A stretch of DNA of 64,000 nt from an uncultured Flavobacteriaceae bacterium (GTDB lineage: Bacteria > Bacteroidota > Bacteroidia > Flavobacteriales > Flavobacteriaceae). The stretch lies in contig CAWHTW010000005.1 of NCBI GenBank assembly GCA_963832345.1, positions 148,512 through 212,511 on the forward strand, given 5' to 3'. Below the pieces are notes generated by a model that made no database searches, was not told where the DNA came from, and saw only the letters and a program-made list of their open reading frames with translations. Positions 18,350-28,424 of this stretch are shown here, one piece after another (position 1 is the stretch's first letter; each line of letters starts with the position of its first letter). The translations under genes were made by a program, and so were the position numbers.

Positions 18350-20885
18350 TTACAGACCAATACTCCTTAACCCGCTCAAAAAAATAATGGACGATAGAAA
18401 GATGGCCTTTTCCGCTATGCTGATTTCCACCGCGCTCTTTATGGCCATCGGTTTTATGGACTATTATGCATTGGTCCGCTACCACCAGTGGGACAATACC
18501 TTAACACAAATAGTTTACCGATTTTTTACCAAGTTCGAACTCTTAAGACGGCCCTATTACGGCAAGCTACTCCTTCTGATGCTGATTACCGGATCGGTAT
18601 TGCTCTATAACCCTAAAAAGAAGGAAGGAAAATCGTTGGGCCAAGGCCTGTTCCTCTATATCATGGGTAGTTCTTTATTATTTCTCCCGGACGTTTTCAA
18701 CTATACGACTGTAATTACGGCATGGAGTTCCCTAGGCATCTATTTTCTAGGATTCGTTTTTACGTTATCCGGTGCCGTGCATTTATTTCAGGTGATGAAC
18801 TTTACCAATGCGGCAACGAAAGATCCCTTTAACGACGAGAACGAAACCTTCCTGCAAACCGAGAAACGTATCGAAACCCCCTACTCCGTAAACATCCCCT
18901 ATGAATACCGGTACAAAGGGAAAATCCGTCAAGGCTGGATCAATTTTGTAAACCTGTTTAGGGCCCTGTTGATTGTCGGAACGCCTGGGAGCGGAAAATC
19001 GTTTGCTCTTATAGAGGAAATCATCGAACAGTTGACCAACAAACTGTTTACGCTATTGGTCTATGATTTCAAGTTCGATACGCTGAGCAAGATTACCTAT
19101 AACTATTGGCTACGAAAAAAGGAACAGCTTAAACACAATCCTGAAAAACTGGCACTGTTGCCCGAGTTCTATGTAATCTGTTTTGACAACGTGGAAAAAT
19201 CCCACCGCTGTAATCCTATCAACCCTTATTTGTTGAAAAGCCAAACGGACGCTTCCGATGCCGCCACCATCATCATGAAAAACCTGAACCGGGAATGGAT
19301 CAAGCGCAACGATTTCTTCTCCAAAAGTGCCATTAGCTTTGTGTCCGGCCTCATTTGGTACCTCAAGAAAAAATCGGAGGAAAAGGGCATCAATATCTGT
19401 ACGCTGCCCCACGTCATTATCCTGTCCACCGTAAATATCGAATACCTGTTGCAGATCATGTTGGAGGATATCGAGGTACGGAGTCTGATGATTCCCTTTA
19501 AGGATGCCCTGGACCGGGAGGCCGTGCAGCAATTGGCCGGGCAAACGGCAAGTGCCCAAATTTCTCTGTCGATGTTGGCCAACAAGGAAATTTTCTACAT
19601 CATGACCGGCAACGATTTCCAGTTGGACCTGAACAACTCCAAAAAACCGAAAATCCTTTGTATCCAGAACAATCCGGACCGTTCCGAGATCTATTCCGCC
19701 CCAATCGGCCTGTACATCAATAAAATTCTACAGGTGGTCAACAAACCGGGCGGGCGGCCTTTAGGTCTCATTTTGGACGAGCTCCCCACCATCTTTATCA
19801 TGGGCCTGAGAAAGATCATCGATACCGGAAGGTCACATTATGTAGCGACCGTTTTGGGCATACAGAGCATTTCCCAATTGATCGCCGACTACGGAAAGGA
19901 ATTGGCGGAGGTAATCTTCGACAATTGCTCCAACGTCTTTAGCGGGGCCGCCAAAGGGGAGACCGCAAGGCGCATCAGCGAGATTTTCGGAAAGATCCAT
20001 CAGGAAAAACACGCCAAGACCATTTCAAGGAACGATACTACCACCAATATCAGCACCGCCATGTTGGAAATCCTGCCCAAAAGCAAGATTACCGGCATGT
20101 CAACTGGGCATTTCGGGGGAATCGTCGCGGACACCTTTGAAAACCAGATAAAGAACAAACTCTGTTATGGATTGGTAAAGCCCAATATGGAATCGAAAAA
20201 GATCCAGGGCAAATTCGACTTCCCGATCATCAACGATTTTAAACTTCCCGACCACGATGAACAGATGTCAGAAAAAATAAAATCGTTAGGTGAACTGGAT
20301 TTTTATGACAGAATAGCCCAACTGGATTGCGGCCAGGTCGATTACATCGACTTTTACAACGGCTATATCAATGATTTTGCAGGGAAACATTATGGGGAAC
20401 AGGAGGAAAGGGACGGTTTCATGGCCCTGGTCAGGGAACTGAAACTTTTTGACCATCTCCAGATTATCAAGGAAATTAAAAATGGAGGGAAACCCAATCA
20501 AGACCTGGAACATTTTGTGTCCGGACTGGTGGATCGGATGCTCGTTCAACAGGAAATCGACCGGATATTGAACGATAACTTTCTCGATGTCATAAATGAT
20601 GTCGACACACTGGTAAGGGACGAATATTATGAATTGACCGGCGAACACCTTGAATCCGCCATTTTTGATAAGGACAAGGTGGGCGACGAGGTGGACGAAG
20701 CTATCGACCAGGAGCGCGAGCTTTCCTATCATTACGTACACCAGTTGGAAGGCGACGGTTCCGAAGAAAAAGCTACTTTTGAAAGAAACGATACCATCGG
20801 GGACGAGCGTTTATTTGTTAATGACAACGACGATGACAATACCTACTACTCCTCTTATCCCGTAGAAGAAATACAGCACAAATGA
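18321..20885 (+). CDS. Type IV coupling protein (VirD4/TraD-like conjugative ATPase) with a long acidic C-terminal extension
   Basis: Two N-terminal TM helices. Walker A LIVGTPGSGKSFAL and Walker B LGLILDELPT. 854 aa. A later Met (MDDRK, about 18387) is a plausible true start. Confidence 0.85.
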   Translation: MNGKNACFPDYRPILLNPLKKIMDDRKMAFSAMLISTALFMAIGFMDYYALVRYHQWDNTLTQIVYRFFTKFELLRRPYYGKLLLLMLITGSVLLYNPKKKEGKSLGQGLFLYIMGSSLLFLPDVFNYTTVITAWSSLGIYFLGFVFTLSGAVHLFQVMNFTNAATKDPFNDENETFLQTEKRIETPYSVNIPYEYRYKGKIRQGWINFVNLFRALLIVGTPGSGKSFALIEEIIEQLTNKLFTLLVYDFKFDTLSKITYNYWLRKKEQLKHNPEKLALLPEFYVICFDNVEKSHRCNPINPYLLKSQTDASDAATIIMKNLNREWIKRNDFFSKSAISFVSGLIWYLKKKSEEKGINICTLPHVIILSTVNIEYLLQIMLEDIEVRSLMIPFKDALDREAVQQLAGQTASAQISLSMLANKEIFYIMTGNDFQLDLNNSKKPKILCIQNNPDRSEIYSAPIGLYINKILQVVNKPGGRPLGLILDELPTIFIMGLRKIIDTGRSHYVATVLGIQSISQLIADYGKELAEVIFDNCSNVFSGAAKGETARRISEIFGKIHQEKHAKTISRNDTTTNISTAMLEILPKSKITGMSTGHFGGIVADTFENQIKNKLCYGLVKPNMESKKIQGKFDFPIINDFKLPDHDEQMSEKIKSLGELDFYDRIAQLDCGQVDYIDFYNGYINDFAGKHYGEQEERDGFMALVRELKLFDHLQIIKEIKNGGKPNQDLEHFVSGLVDRMLVQQEIDRILNDNFLDVINDVDTLVRDEYYELTGEHLESAIFDKDKVGDEVDEAIDQERELSYHYVHQLEGDGSEEKATFERNDTIGDERLFVNDNDDDNTYYSSYPVEEIQHK

Positions 20886-21283
20886 AGAACATAGAAGAAT
20901 TGCAGAACGCCAAGGCCAAGGATTTTAAATTTATCGGCAAGCGATTAAAAAAAATTCGTGAAGAACTCAAGGAGAACGACGATGTGGAAGACAAACGTTT
21001 TAGCCGGTTTTCCGCCAAGAACGTATCCGAAAGTCTGGGTGTGGAATACAATGCCCTGATCAACATAGAACGTGGTACCATATCCGTGCTTACCATGAAG
21101 GCAATTCTGTTCTATCACAGCCTTGGGTACAATCCCATGTGGATATTGTTGCCCGACAACGAGTTTATTCCCAAACAGAATATCGGGGACAATCTCGTGT
21201 ACCAGTCCGATGTACAGGATTCTTATAAGGAAATGGAAAATACAATAGTGGCAGCTTTGACGGAATTCAAGGGTAAGATTTAA
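20882..21283 (+). CDS. XRE-family helix-turn-helix transcriptional regulator
   Basis: HTH_3-like segment FSAKNVSESLGVEYNALINIERG. 133 aa. Overlaps the T4CP stop by 4 bp. Confidence 0.7.
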   Translation: MKNIEELQNAKAKDFKFIGKRLKKIREELKENDDVEDKRFSRFSAKNVSESLGVEYNALINIERGTISVLTMKAILFYHSLGYNPMWILLPDNEFIPKQNIGDNLVYQSDVQDSYKEMENTIVAALTEFKGKI

Positions 21284-21347
21284 AGTATTTTGCCTAGCAT
21301 AGTTAGGAATAGGGTTTAAATTATTTAACAAAAAAGGTGTTGTACTA

Positions 21348-22337
21348 ATGGAAATGCAATCGCAATTTGAACATATTATCCAATTGATCGAAAAGGCGAA
21401 ACAACGTGCCTTTCAAAAAGTAAATACCGAAATTATCGATCTTTATTGGCAAATCGGCGGGTTTCTTCACCAAAAGGTCGATGCGGCCAATTGGGGAAAG
21501 TCGGTCGTCAATGAACTGGCCGATTATATAAAGACCGTTCAGCCCAACACCAAGGGGTTTTCGTCCCAAAATCTATGGCGGATGAAGCAATTTTACGAAA
21601 CCTATAACGGGAACAAAAAACTCTCGGCACTGCTGAGAGAAATTCCTTGGTCGCACAATATGGTCATAGTATCGGGTGCTAAAAGCGATGGGGAGAAAGA
21701 GTTTTATATGAAATTGGTAAAAAAGGAAAGGTTGTCGCTTAGGGAGTTGGAACGCCAACTGGACAGCTCTTATTATGAGCGTGTAATGCTGGGCAAGGCA
21801 AAACTCTCGGCACTGCCGAGAGAATTCCCACAGGACATTACCAGCATCTTCAAGGATACCTATGTTCTGGAAATGTTGCAGTTGCCCCAGACGCATTCCG
21901 AAAATGAGCTCAAAGGCAAAATAACGCAGAACATAAGCAAGTTTCTATTGGAGTTCGGAAGGGATTTTGCCTTTATGGGCGAAGAATACCCATTACAGGT
22001 AGGAAATCAGGATTTCGCCATCGATCTGCTGTTTTATCATAGGACCCTTCAATGTATGCTGGCCGTGGAACTCAAAATAGAGCGGTTCAAGCCCGAGTTT
22101 TTGGGACAGCTCAATTTTTATTTGGAGGCATTGGACAGGGATGTGAAAACCAAAAATGAAAATCCTAGTATCGGCATCTTGCTCTGCAAGGGAAAGGATG
22201 ATACCGTGGTAGAATACGCCCTTAGCCGCAGTTTGTCGCCTACCTTGGTGGCGGACTACAAAACCCAATTGCCGGACAAGCGCGTGTTGAAAGAGAAATG
22301 GCAAGAGATACTAGATCAATTGGATGAAACCGATTGA
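21348..22337 (+). CDS. DUF1016 / YhcG-like PD-(D/E)XK nuclease family protein
   Basis: Family-typical N-terminus (FEHIIQLIEKAKQRAFQKVNTEIIDLYWQIG) and a C-terminal PD-ExK block IDLLFYHRTLQCMLAVELKI. Confidence 0.75.
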   Translation: MEMQSQFEHIIQLIEKAKQRAFQKVNTEIIDLYWQIGGFLHQKVDAANWGKSVVNELADYIKTVQPNTKGFSSQNLWRMKQFYETYNGNKKLSALLREIPWSHNMVIVSGAKSDGEKEFYMKLVKKERLSLRELERQLDSSYYERVMLGKAKLSALPREFPQDITSIFKDTYVLEMLQLPQTHSENELKGKITQNISKFLLEFGRDFAFMGEEYPLQVGNQDFAIDLLFYHRTLQCMLAVELKIERFKPEFLGQLNFYLEALDRDVKTKNENPSIGILLCKGKDDTVVEYALSRSLSPTLVADYKTQLPDKRVLKEKWQEILDQLDETD

Positions 22338-22617
22338 GGGAAAATGCGATATATTTCAATAGGTCTTACTATAGTCGCAACATTTCATTTGGAATAGAAG
22401 AAACGCCCACGCCCTTATTTTTTTTATTTACTTCTAATTTTAAATCTTTTATTTGATATCCAATACGTTTTAAATCTTTGTAAAAGGTGCGTTTTGTAAA
22501 GAGTTCAACATTAATACTCCATACTTCAGAATGTAATTTATATTTTATTTACGATAGGGCCTAGATTGTTTTTTTTGAGGAAAGCGAATAATTTTATTTT
22601 TAGAGTCCTCACACACA

Positions 22618-23949
22618 TTAACAAGGATAATCATTTTCTACCATTTCAATTAACTTCTCGGATGGTGTCAATCTATATCCTTTCAATAATTGAGAAGCTA
22701 CTCTATAGACAAGTTCTACATTTACCATATTACCTAAAACACGAAACGAGGCAGATTTTGTTTTCGGCAATTTAATGCTATCAGGAAGTGATTGAGCCTT
22801 ACATCCTTCCTCCGGGAGAATATATCTCATGTATTTTCCGATAATTGGTACTTGTGTAGATACCGTAACCAATGATGGCAAATAATTATTTTTTTTAACT
22901 CTAACCCCCGACCCCCTAAACTGAATCAGTTTATCGGTAAATAGTCTCTCGCCATTTGGGCAGTTCCATTCAAATTTTTTCCAGCTTTCCACTTTAAATT
23001 TTCGAATTTTCCTCAGTGTACCTAAACTAATATAATCCTTGTTAACCTTGTAAAAATTCCGATTGTTGTTGATATATCTCTGCTTCCATGATGGAGGAAG
23101 ACCTAATTGAGTTTTCACGTAATTAGGCAAATTTTCACGAACTTCTTCTAAACTATTGCAATTCTTCAAAGGATATCCGTAAGCCCCTTTATGCTTTTGC
23201 CATTCAGAAAGAGATAGTGAATTCCATTTTACATCTACTGGATAATTTGCACCAAACTCCATAGACCATAAAGGTCTATATGGCTCCGTTCCCGCAGGAA
23301 GTTCATTGATGAATTCACCCCAAGTTTGCAGCACTTCTATTTTCTCCCTTTCTAAATTTGAAGTGGTTTCTTCCTTAGATATTATACTAGTTACGGAATT
23401 GACATATTTTTCCTCCTTTACCCATTCAATGTTTTTTATATCATCACGATTTAAACTGCCGACAACGAAAATTCGCTCTCTATGTTGAGGAATATTTATA
23501 TAATGGGGGGAAAGAATTCTTTTATCAAAAAAATATCCCAGGTCATCAAGTTCTTTCGAAATATAATCCCACGTATGACCAGAATCATGAGTAACTAAGT
23601 TCCTAACATTCTCTAAGATGAAAAATTTTGGTTTATGATAAGATAAAATTTTTAAAATTTCATCAAATAACTTACCCCTTGCTTCTTTCATTCCGTTTTG
23701 ATTCCCAGCCTTAGAGAACGTTTGGCACGGAAATCCTGCACATAGTATATCGTGTTTAGGTATTTTTTTAATATCAATTTTGGTAATATCACCATGACAT
23801 TGAAGGTCATGATTTTCTTGATAGAGGAGTCTTAGTTCATTACTCAACTCTGATGCAAACACACATTGGTGTCCAAGTTTTTCAAGCGCAATATGAAAAG
23901 CACCAATTCCTGCAAAGAGATCAATAAATTTTAAATTTCCCCCTTCCAT
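22618..23949 (-). CDS. DNA (cytosine-5)-methyltransferase
   Basis: C5-MTase motifs I (IDLFAGIGAF), IV (GFPCQTFSKAG), VI (ILENV), VIII (QHRERIFVVG) and X (VLGNMVNVELV) are all present. 443 aa. Confidence 0.9.
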   Translation of the reverse strand: MEGGNLKFIDLFAGIGAFHIALEKLGHQCVFASELSNELRLLYQENHDLQCHGDITKIDIKKIPKHDILCAGFPCQTFSKAGNQNGMKEARGKLFDEILKILSYHKPKFFILENVRNLVTHDSGHTWDYISKELDDLGYFFDKRILSPHYINIPQHRERIFVVGSLNRDDIKNIEWVKEEKYVNSVTSIISKEETTSNLEREKIEVLQTWGEFINELPAGTEPYRPLWSMEFGANYPVDVKWNSLSLSEWQKHKGAYGYPLKNCNSLEEVRENLPNYVKTQLGLPPSWKQRYINNNRNFYKVNKDYISLGTLRKIRKFKVESWKKFEWNCPNGERLFTDKLIQFRGSGVRVKKNNYLPSLVTVSTQVPIIGKYMRYILPEEGCKAQSLPDSIKLPKTKSASFRVLGNMVNVELVYRVASQLLKGYRLTPSEKLIEMVENDYPC

Positions 23950-24789
23950 CTATACAATATTTTTATTTACGAAATCTATAATACTTTTGTTCAAGTCATC
24001 ATCTGTAGGAGAATAATATTTTATTATTCTAGCTCGATCAAATACCATAGAATTTCCAAATTGTGAATGGGCTCTTCTTAATTTCTCCGAATCTAAAAAA
24101 TATACTACGCTAAGCAATGTTGTAGGAGGTTTTATTGCAAACGTAATGTATTCGTCTTGCCATCTTTGATATATGGCCTTTTTATCATTGTAATGTTTAC
24201 CAACACAGGCTTGTCCTAAAACAATTAAATTACCTATGTTTCTTCCGTCCAATGGCTTATATACGATAAAATCGACTCCATCATCCTGTGCCCTCTGGGG
24301 TAGGTTCGAAAAGATTCCCTCGTTCTCCTTTATATCATTCGATATCTGTCTCAATCTTTCCTCGGTAAGGTTTGACCTGCCCTCTCCAACCATAACTATT
24401 TCCGCTCCTTCACCTAAAAAATTTTTAACGGCATTGGCGGATATGTATTCAAATAGTTCCGCTGAGCCGTCAATATTTGCATTTGTCCCTCCCGTCTCCG
24501 ATTTAAAAGCCAAAAAGCGATGAAGGTATTTTTTTATATTTACTTCCTCATTGTCTTCGACATTAAGAATACTAAACCCGTTTTCTGGTGTTAAGATATT
24601 CAGATTATACATCTCAGTAAACCTAAATTGTAGTTGTGTTAATTGGTTCTTTCTATATTCCAACCTATTAATAGTCTCAATTTCTTCCTCGGGAAAAGTT
24701 TCACTTAAAAACTCATCGATAATTTCTTCAAATTCGATATGCGGTTCTAAAAGGGATATCCTATTTTCTATAACATCAATTTCTCTCAT
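23950..24789 (-). CDS. Hypothetical protein. It may be the nuclease or specificity partner of the methyltransferase
   Basis: 279-aa ORF abutting the MTase start codon (stop-start with no gap). A possible degenerate PD-(D/E)XK-like block (DDGVDFIVYKPLDG...LIVLGQACVGK). No confident domain. Confidence 0.4.
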   Translation of the reverse strand: MREIDVIENRISLLEPHIEFEEIIDEFLSETFPEEEIETINRLEYRKNQLTQLQFRFTEMYNLNILTPENGFSILNVEDNEEVNIKKYLHRFLAFKSETGGTNANIDGSAELFEYISANAVKNFLGEGAEIVMVGEGRSNLTEERLRQISNDIKENEGIFSNLPQRAQDDGVDFIVYKPLDGRNIGNLIVLGQACVGKHYNDKKAIYQRWQDEYITFAIKPPTTLLSVVYFLDSEKLRRAHSQFGNSMVFDRARIIKYYSPTDDDLNKSIIDFVNKNIV

Positions 24790-24796
24790 ACCCGAT

Positions 24797-25915
24797 TTAA
24801 TCGATATCTAAAGTAACATTAGTACTTTCGACTTTATCAACTACGTTGGCCCCATATAGTTTTTTCAACTCCTCCCTATTATCAGGTTGTGTATTCCCCC
24901 AATTTTGCTGAATATGGGTTAATGACCTATGTATACTCGTGCATGAATTTTTAATAATGTTGTCGTATGAATCGGATAGTAATAAGGCAGCATCCTTATC
25001 TTCACCTCTTTCAAAAGCTTTCGTAGATATGGGGTTTTTCAATATCGGTTTGAGATATTTATTCAGTTCCCTACTCTCTTTTATTGGTGGATTTGCCGTA
25101 AACACCCACCTAATCAGGTTTTTGGTCTCGTTTTCCTTGTCCTCCGGGATAATATTTTCATAATCCTCAGGATCTAGCCTGTTATAACTATCAATACCGA
25201 TGTAATTTGCAACAGATGTTCTTCCAGATTTGCCTAAAGCAACTTCGAGTAGCGAAAACTTATTTTCGATTTTAGCTTGTAGAGAAGAATCGGATTCTAT
25301 CAATTTTTGCATAGACTGAAAAATGCAATATTTATAAAAATGATTCAGGACATCCGATCTACTATTGTTTGTCTCATCAACAAATTTTGTTATTGCAGTA
25401 CTTACAAGATTACTATCTAATTTTCTTCTTTCTTCAAGGACCTGTTTATACACATATTTGGATTGCGCAAGTGGCTCCCATCTAACTACACCTCCAAGGT
25501 GTCTAACCCCCAGATAAGCTGTTACACTGTCTCTATCGTTAGCTTTTACGACAGGTATAGTCGAAAGCCTCTCCATCAACTCATCACTTGCAATGTAATC
25601 ATCCCTTCTTCCCAAAGAGATTGAATTATTTCTATATTCTTCGTCGCAAAGTATCTTAACGGTAGTCAGCCTCCTATTGCCTTCGACTACGATGTAATTA
25701 TCTTCCCCATCATTTGCAGGAATGACGACCATAGGTTCAACAGGAAAATATCCGTTTTTGAGAATTGAATCTTTCAGGTCATTAATTCCAAAATTATCAT
25801 AGATAAATTTAGCAAGATTAACTTGAGTTATCTGAGGAGAAATACTTTGATGAATTCTAGGGTTCTCTTTATCCAACAGTAATTGGCTCAAAGGAATGTT
25901 TTCAATTACGAACAT
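24797..25915 (-). CDS. ParB/Srx-like nuclease N-terminal domain protein
   Basis: ParB box motifs LDKENPRIH and VVEGNRRLTTVKIL (GxxRxxA-type). 372 aa. It is the first gene of a tight three-gene operon with the MTase. Confidence 0.65.
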   Translation of the reverse strand: MFVIENIPLSQLLLDKENPRIHQSISPQITQVNLAKFIYDNFGINDLKDSILKNGYFPVEPMVVIPANDGEDNYIVVEGNRRLTTVKILCDEEYRNNSISLGRRDDYIASDELMERLSTIPVVKANDRDSVTAYLGVRHLGGVVRWEPLAQSKYVYKQVLEERRKLDSNLVSTAITKFVDETNNSRSDVLNHFYKYCIFQSMQKLIESDSSLQAKIENKFSLLEVALGKSGRTSVANYIGIDSYNRLDPEDYENIIPEDKENETKNLIRWVFTANPPIKESRELNKYLKPILKNPISTKAFERGEDKDAALLLSDSYDNIIKNSCTSIHRSLTHIQQNWGNTQPDNREELKKLYGANVVDKVESTNVTLDID

Positions 25916-26131
25916 AGGGACTGGCGTCTTTTAAGCAAAAATATACAATATTTTTAGAGTACGGTGTGATAATTATTTTTGGGTATGTACCAATAAACGC
26001 TGTTCAAAGGGTCACAAGAGGTTTATATATTAAAATAACAAAAACTTTAATAACCTGAATTATGACATTGCTGTGTTCAACCCATAAGTGCTACACGATT
26101 AGGATTTTCAAATAGGTACACTGTCCGTTTG

Positions 26132-27847
26132 TTAAACAAAATTGCCTTTGAACCTTCCATAATCCGTAAGCTCATCTCGAAACCCGTTGAAAACTTCCAC
26201 TTTATGATAACTGGATTTCCCTAGCAGTGAACTGAACGCGTACACACTTCTTCGCATAAGACGGGCGAGTTTGGCGTTCACTTTATTATTGGCAGCGGCC
26301 ACTATTTTTTCCCGAAGCCCATTTTCCAAGTGAAACTTTAAGATTTCCGGCGCTAGATTTGGCCGTATACCGTCGTTGGCAATCATAAATGCGGCCTTAT
26401 CGTACAACCGCTTTTCAATCAAGTACGAAACCCATAGATTTTTGAGGTGACCTTGCCCTTGCCTTGTGATATCATCGAGTATAGGTCTTTGGCCATTAAG
26501 CAAAGCGTCCAGATCTTTCGAGGTCGATAGGTACATTTCGGTCTTTTGAAGTAGCGGTATTCCTTCGGGGAATTTCGAATAGATGGAGTGCAGGAAGATG
26601 TTTTGGTCCTTCTTAATGAAATAGAATCCCTTATGGTTGAAAAGTCGAATGTAATCCTTGGCCGATTTTTCAAAGGGAGCATGAAGTTTTTCCGCTGTAT
26701 TTTGATACGCCTTCAAACTCAATTTATCAAATTTCCGGCGATTATTATCCGACATGGCCATGTACAGCCTTGGAAAAATTACCGGAAGGAAGATAGCACT
26801 GCCATTAATTCCGGCTTCCTCATGGGATAGGTCATTGACCAATGCATCAAGCACTTTTTCATTCTGGTTGATAAATCCGGTCGAAACATAGGACTGGGCG
26901 GTTTCGGGCACACTAAAATTGGATATGGCCATGGAAACCTGATGCCTGTTCGAATTAAGATAGGCTATATTGCCCCGTACATATTTTACTCCAAGACTTT
27001 GCAAAAGGTCAAAAACGATGGCTTTTTCGGTTTTAACGTCGAATATATCTTGATCGAAAACGTTTTTGATTAAGGGCGCCTTACGATGAAGTACTTCCTT
27101 CTCCTTTTTACTTTCGTCTACATAAATGGCATTTTTGGTATGATCGAATTCCGACTTTACGATAGTCTCCAACGAGTTCCGGTTCTTATGGAGATAGGTG
27201 TTCAAGAAGGCAAAACTTTCGGAAGACCGTACAAATGGCATTAGACCGTTTATGTTGTTGCCCCTAACAAATTCGGACAGCAGACCTTCTTTGTAACCGT
27301 TCAAATAAGCGGTGTAAAAGGCATTTCCGATTAGTTTACGGACTTCCAAAACCATTTGTTTGCCACCGAGGTCCAATTCCGTTTTGATGCCACTATCATC
27401 CCCGACCAAGACCGGATTTGTTCCAAAGCCGATATGGGAACTGATTTCGGAGCTTTGAAAAAGATATCCCGATTTATCGAAAATCGTAAAATTCAATGCC
27501 TTGCCATCTTTATCGAATAGCACTTTGGCTTCGATTTTCTGGTACGCTTTTAAAACCGCTGTAAAGTCTTTCGGGTTGATACGCTTAAAAAGTTGAAGGG
27601 TGGTCAACACTTGTTTTTCCAACCTTTTTCTATGCATAGGCAACAATTTGGACTGTGATTGCTTTTTGAAAATAGCCTGAAGTTTTGGACCGCTCAATCT
27701 TGGGTGGACGGTGTACCCATCGATAAATCGTGATCTGTAGCCGTTGTCGATGGCAACCCCATAGGAGACACCGATACGTCCTTTGCCATTAGTTACGGGT
27801 TTTACGACAACATGATAGGGTGCCACCAACTGGCCAAGCTTCTGCAA
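26132..27847 (-). CDS. C-terminal portion of the MOB relaxase, or a relaxase-associated protein. It overlaps the N-terminal relaxase ORF in a different frame
   Basis: 571-aa ORF that begins inside the last 59 bp of the 211-aa relaxase ORF. No NTP-binding motifs. The same DNA encodes ...FAEAWPVGG* in one frame and MQKLGQLVAPYHVVVKPVTNGK in the other. Confidence 0.5.
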   Translation of the reverse strand: MQKLGQLVAPYHVVVKPVTNGKGRIGVSYGVAIDNGYRSRFIDGYTVHPRLSGPKLQAIFKKQSQSKLLPMHRKRLEKQVLTTLQLFKRINPKDFTAVLKAYQKIEAKVLFDKDGKALNFTIFDKSGYLFQSSEISSHIGFGTNPVLVGDDSGIKTELDLGGKQMVLEVRKLIGNAFYTAYLNGYKEGLLSEFVRGNNINGLMPFVRSSESFAFLNTYLHKNRNSLETIVKSEFDHTKNAIYVDESKKEKEVLHRKAPLIKNVFDQDIFDVKTEKAIVFDLLQSLGVKYVRGNIAYLNSNRHQVSMAISNFSVPETAQSYVSTGFINQNEKVLDALVNDLSHEEAGINGSAIFLPVIFPRLYMAMSDNNRRKFDKLSLKAYQNTAEKLHAPFEKSAKDYIRLFNHKGFYFIKKDQNIFLHSIYSKFPEGIPLLQKTEMYLSTSKDLDALLNGQRPILDDITRQGQGHLKNLWVSYLIEKRLYDKAAFMIANDGIRPNLAPEILKFHLENGLREKIVAAANNKVNAKLARLMRRSVYAFSSLLGKSSYHKVEVFNGFRDELTDYGRFKGNFV

Positions 27848-28424
27848 AACTGCGGACTTTGTATTTTTGAAGGGTGCTATTCAGAATATCCTGGATATAA
27901 AACTTTACCCCGTTCGAGTCGTCCTTTTTGATTTCAGGAAGACGATATAGCGGTAGTTCCTTGTTAAACTTTTTTTCGGGAGATGGCGACAGCCCGAACT
28001 GTTGTTCCAAATAATTTTGGGTTGCACTGTTTCTCCGATAATCATGTGAAAGATCTATCAAGTTTCCATCTTCTTTAACCGTACTGGAAATAATATGAAC
28101 ATGCTGATGTTGGGTGTCGAAGTGACGAACCACTACAAAAGGTTGTTCCCCATAGCCCATGTTTTCCATATAGGCCTTGGACAGTTTGTAGAAATCCGCG
28201 TCGTTCAATCTCTCGCCATGGGGCAGGTTTATTGAAATATGGACATACCGTTTTTGCGATCCATGACGGCTGCCCAGATGATGTAAAATCCTCGTAAATT
28301 GTTCTTTGGTCGTATCCGTTTCGGAATAGGTATTTTGAAATCCGAGCACCCGCATTTTGGCTTTGTCGAACACATATTTAACAACGCCATGGACACTTTC
28401 CCGATACAGAATCCGTGCAATCAT
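27789..28424 (-). CDS. mobB: Conjugative relaxase, N-terminal catalytic domain (3-His MOB_P/MobB-type)
   Basis: Catalytic Tyr region near the N-terminus and motif HFDTQHQHVHIISS (HxDxxHxHxH). The call is only 211 aa. It is translationally coupled to the upstream mobA. Confidence 0.7.
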   Translation of the reverse strand: MIARILYRESVHGVVKYVFDKAKMRVLGFQNTYSETDTTKEQFTRILHHLGSRHGSQKRYVHISINLPHGERLNDADFYKLSKAYMENMGYGEQPFVVVRHFDTQHQHVHIISSTVKEDGNLIDLSHDYRRNSATQNYLEQQFGLSPSPEKKFNKELPLYRLPEIKKDDSNGVKFYIQDILNSTLQKYKVRSFAEAWPVGGTLSCCRKTRN

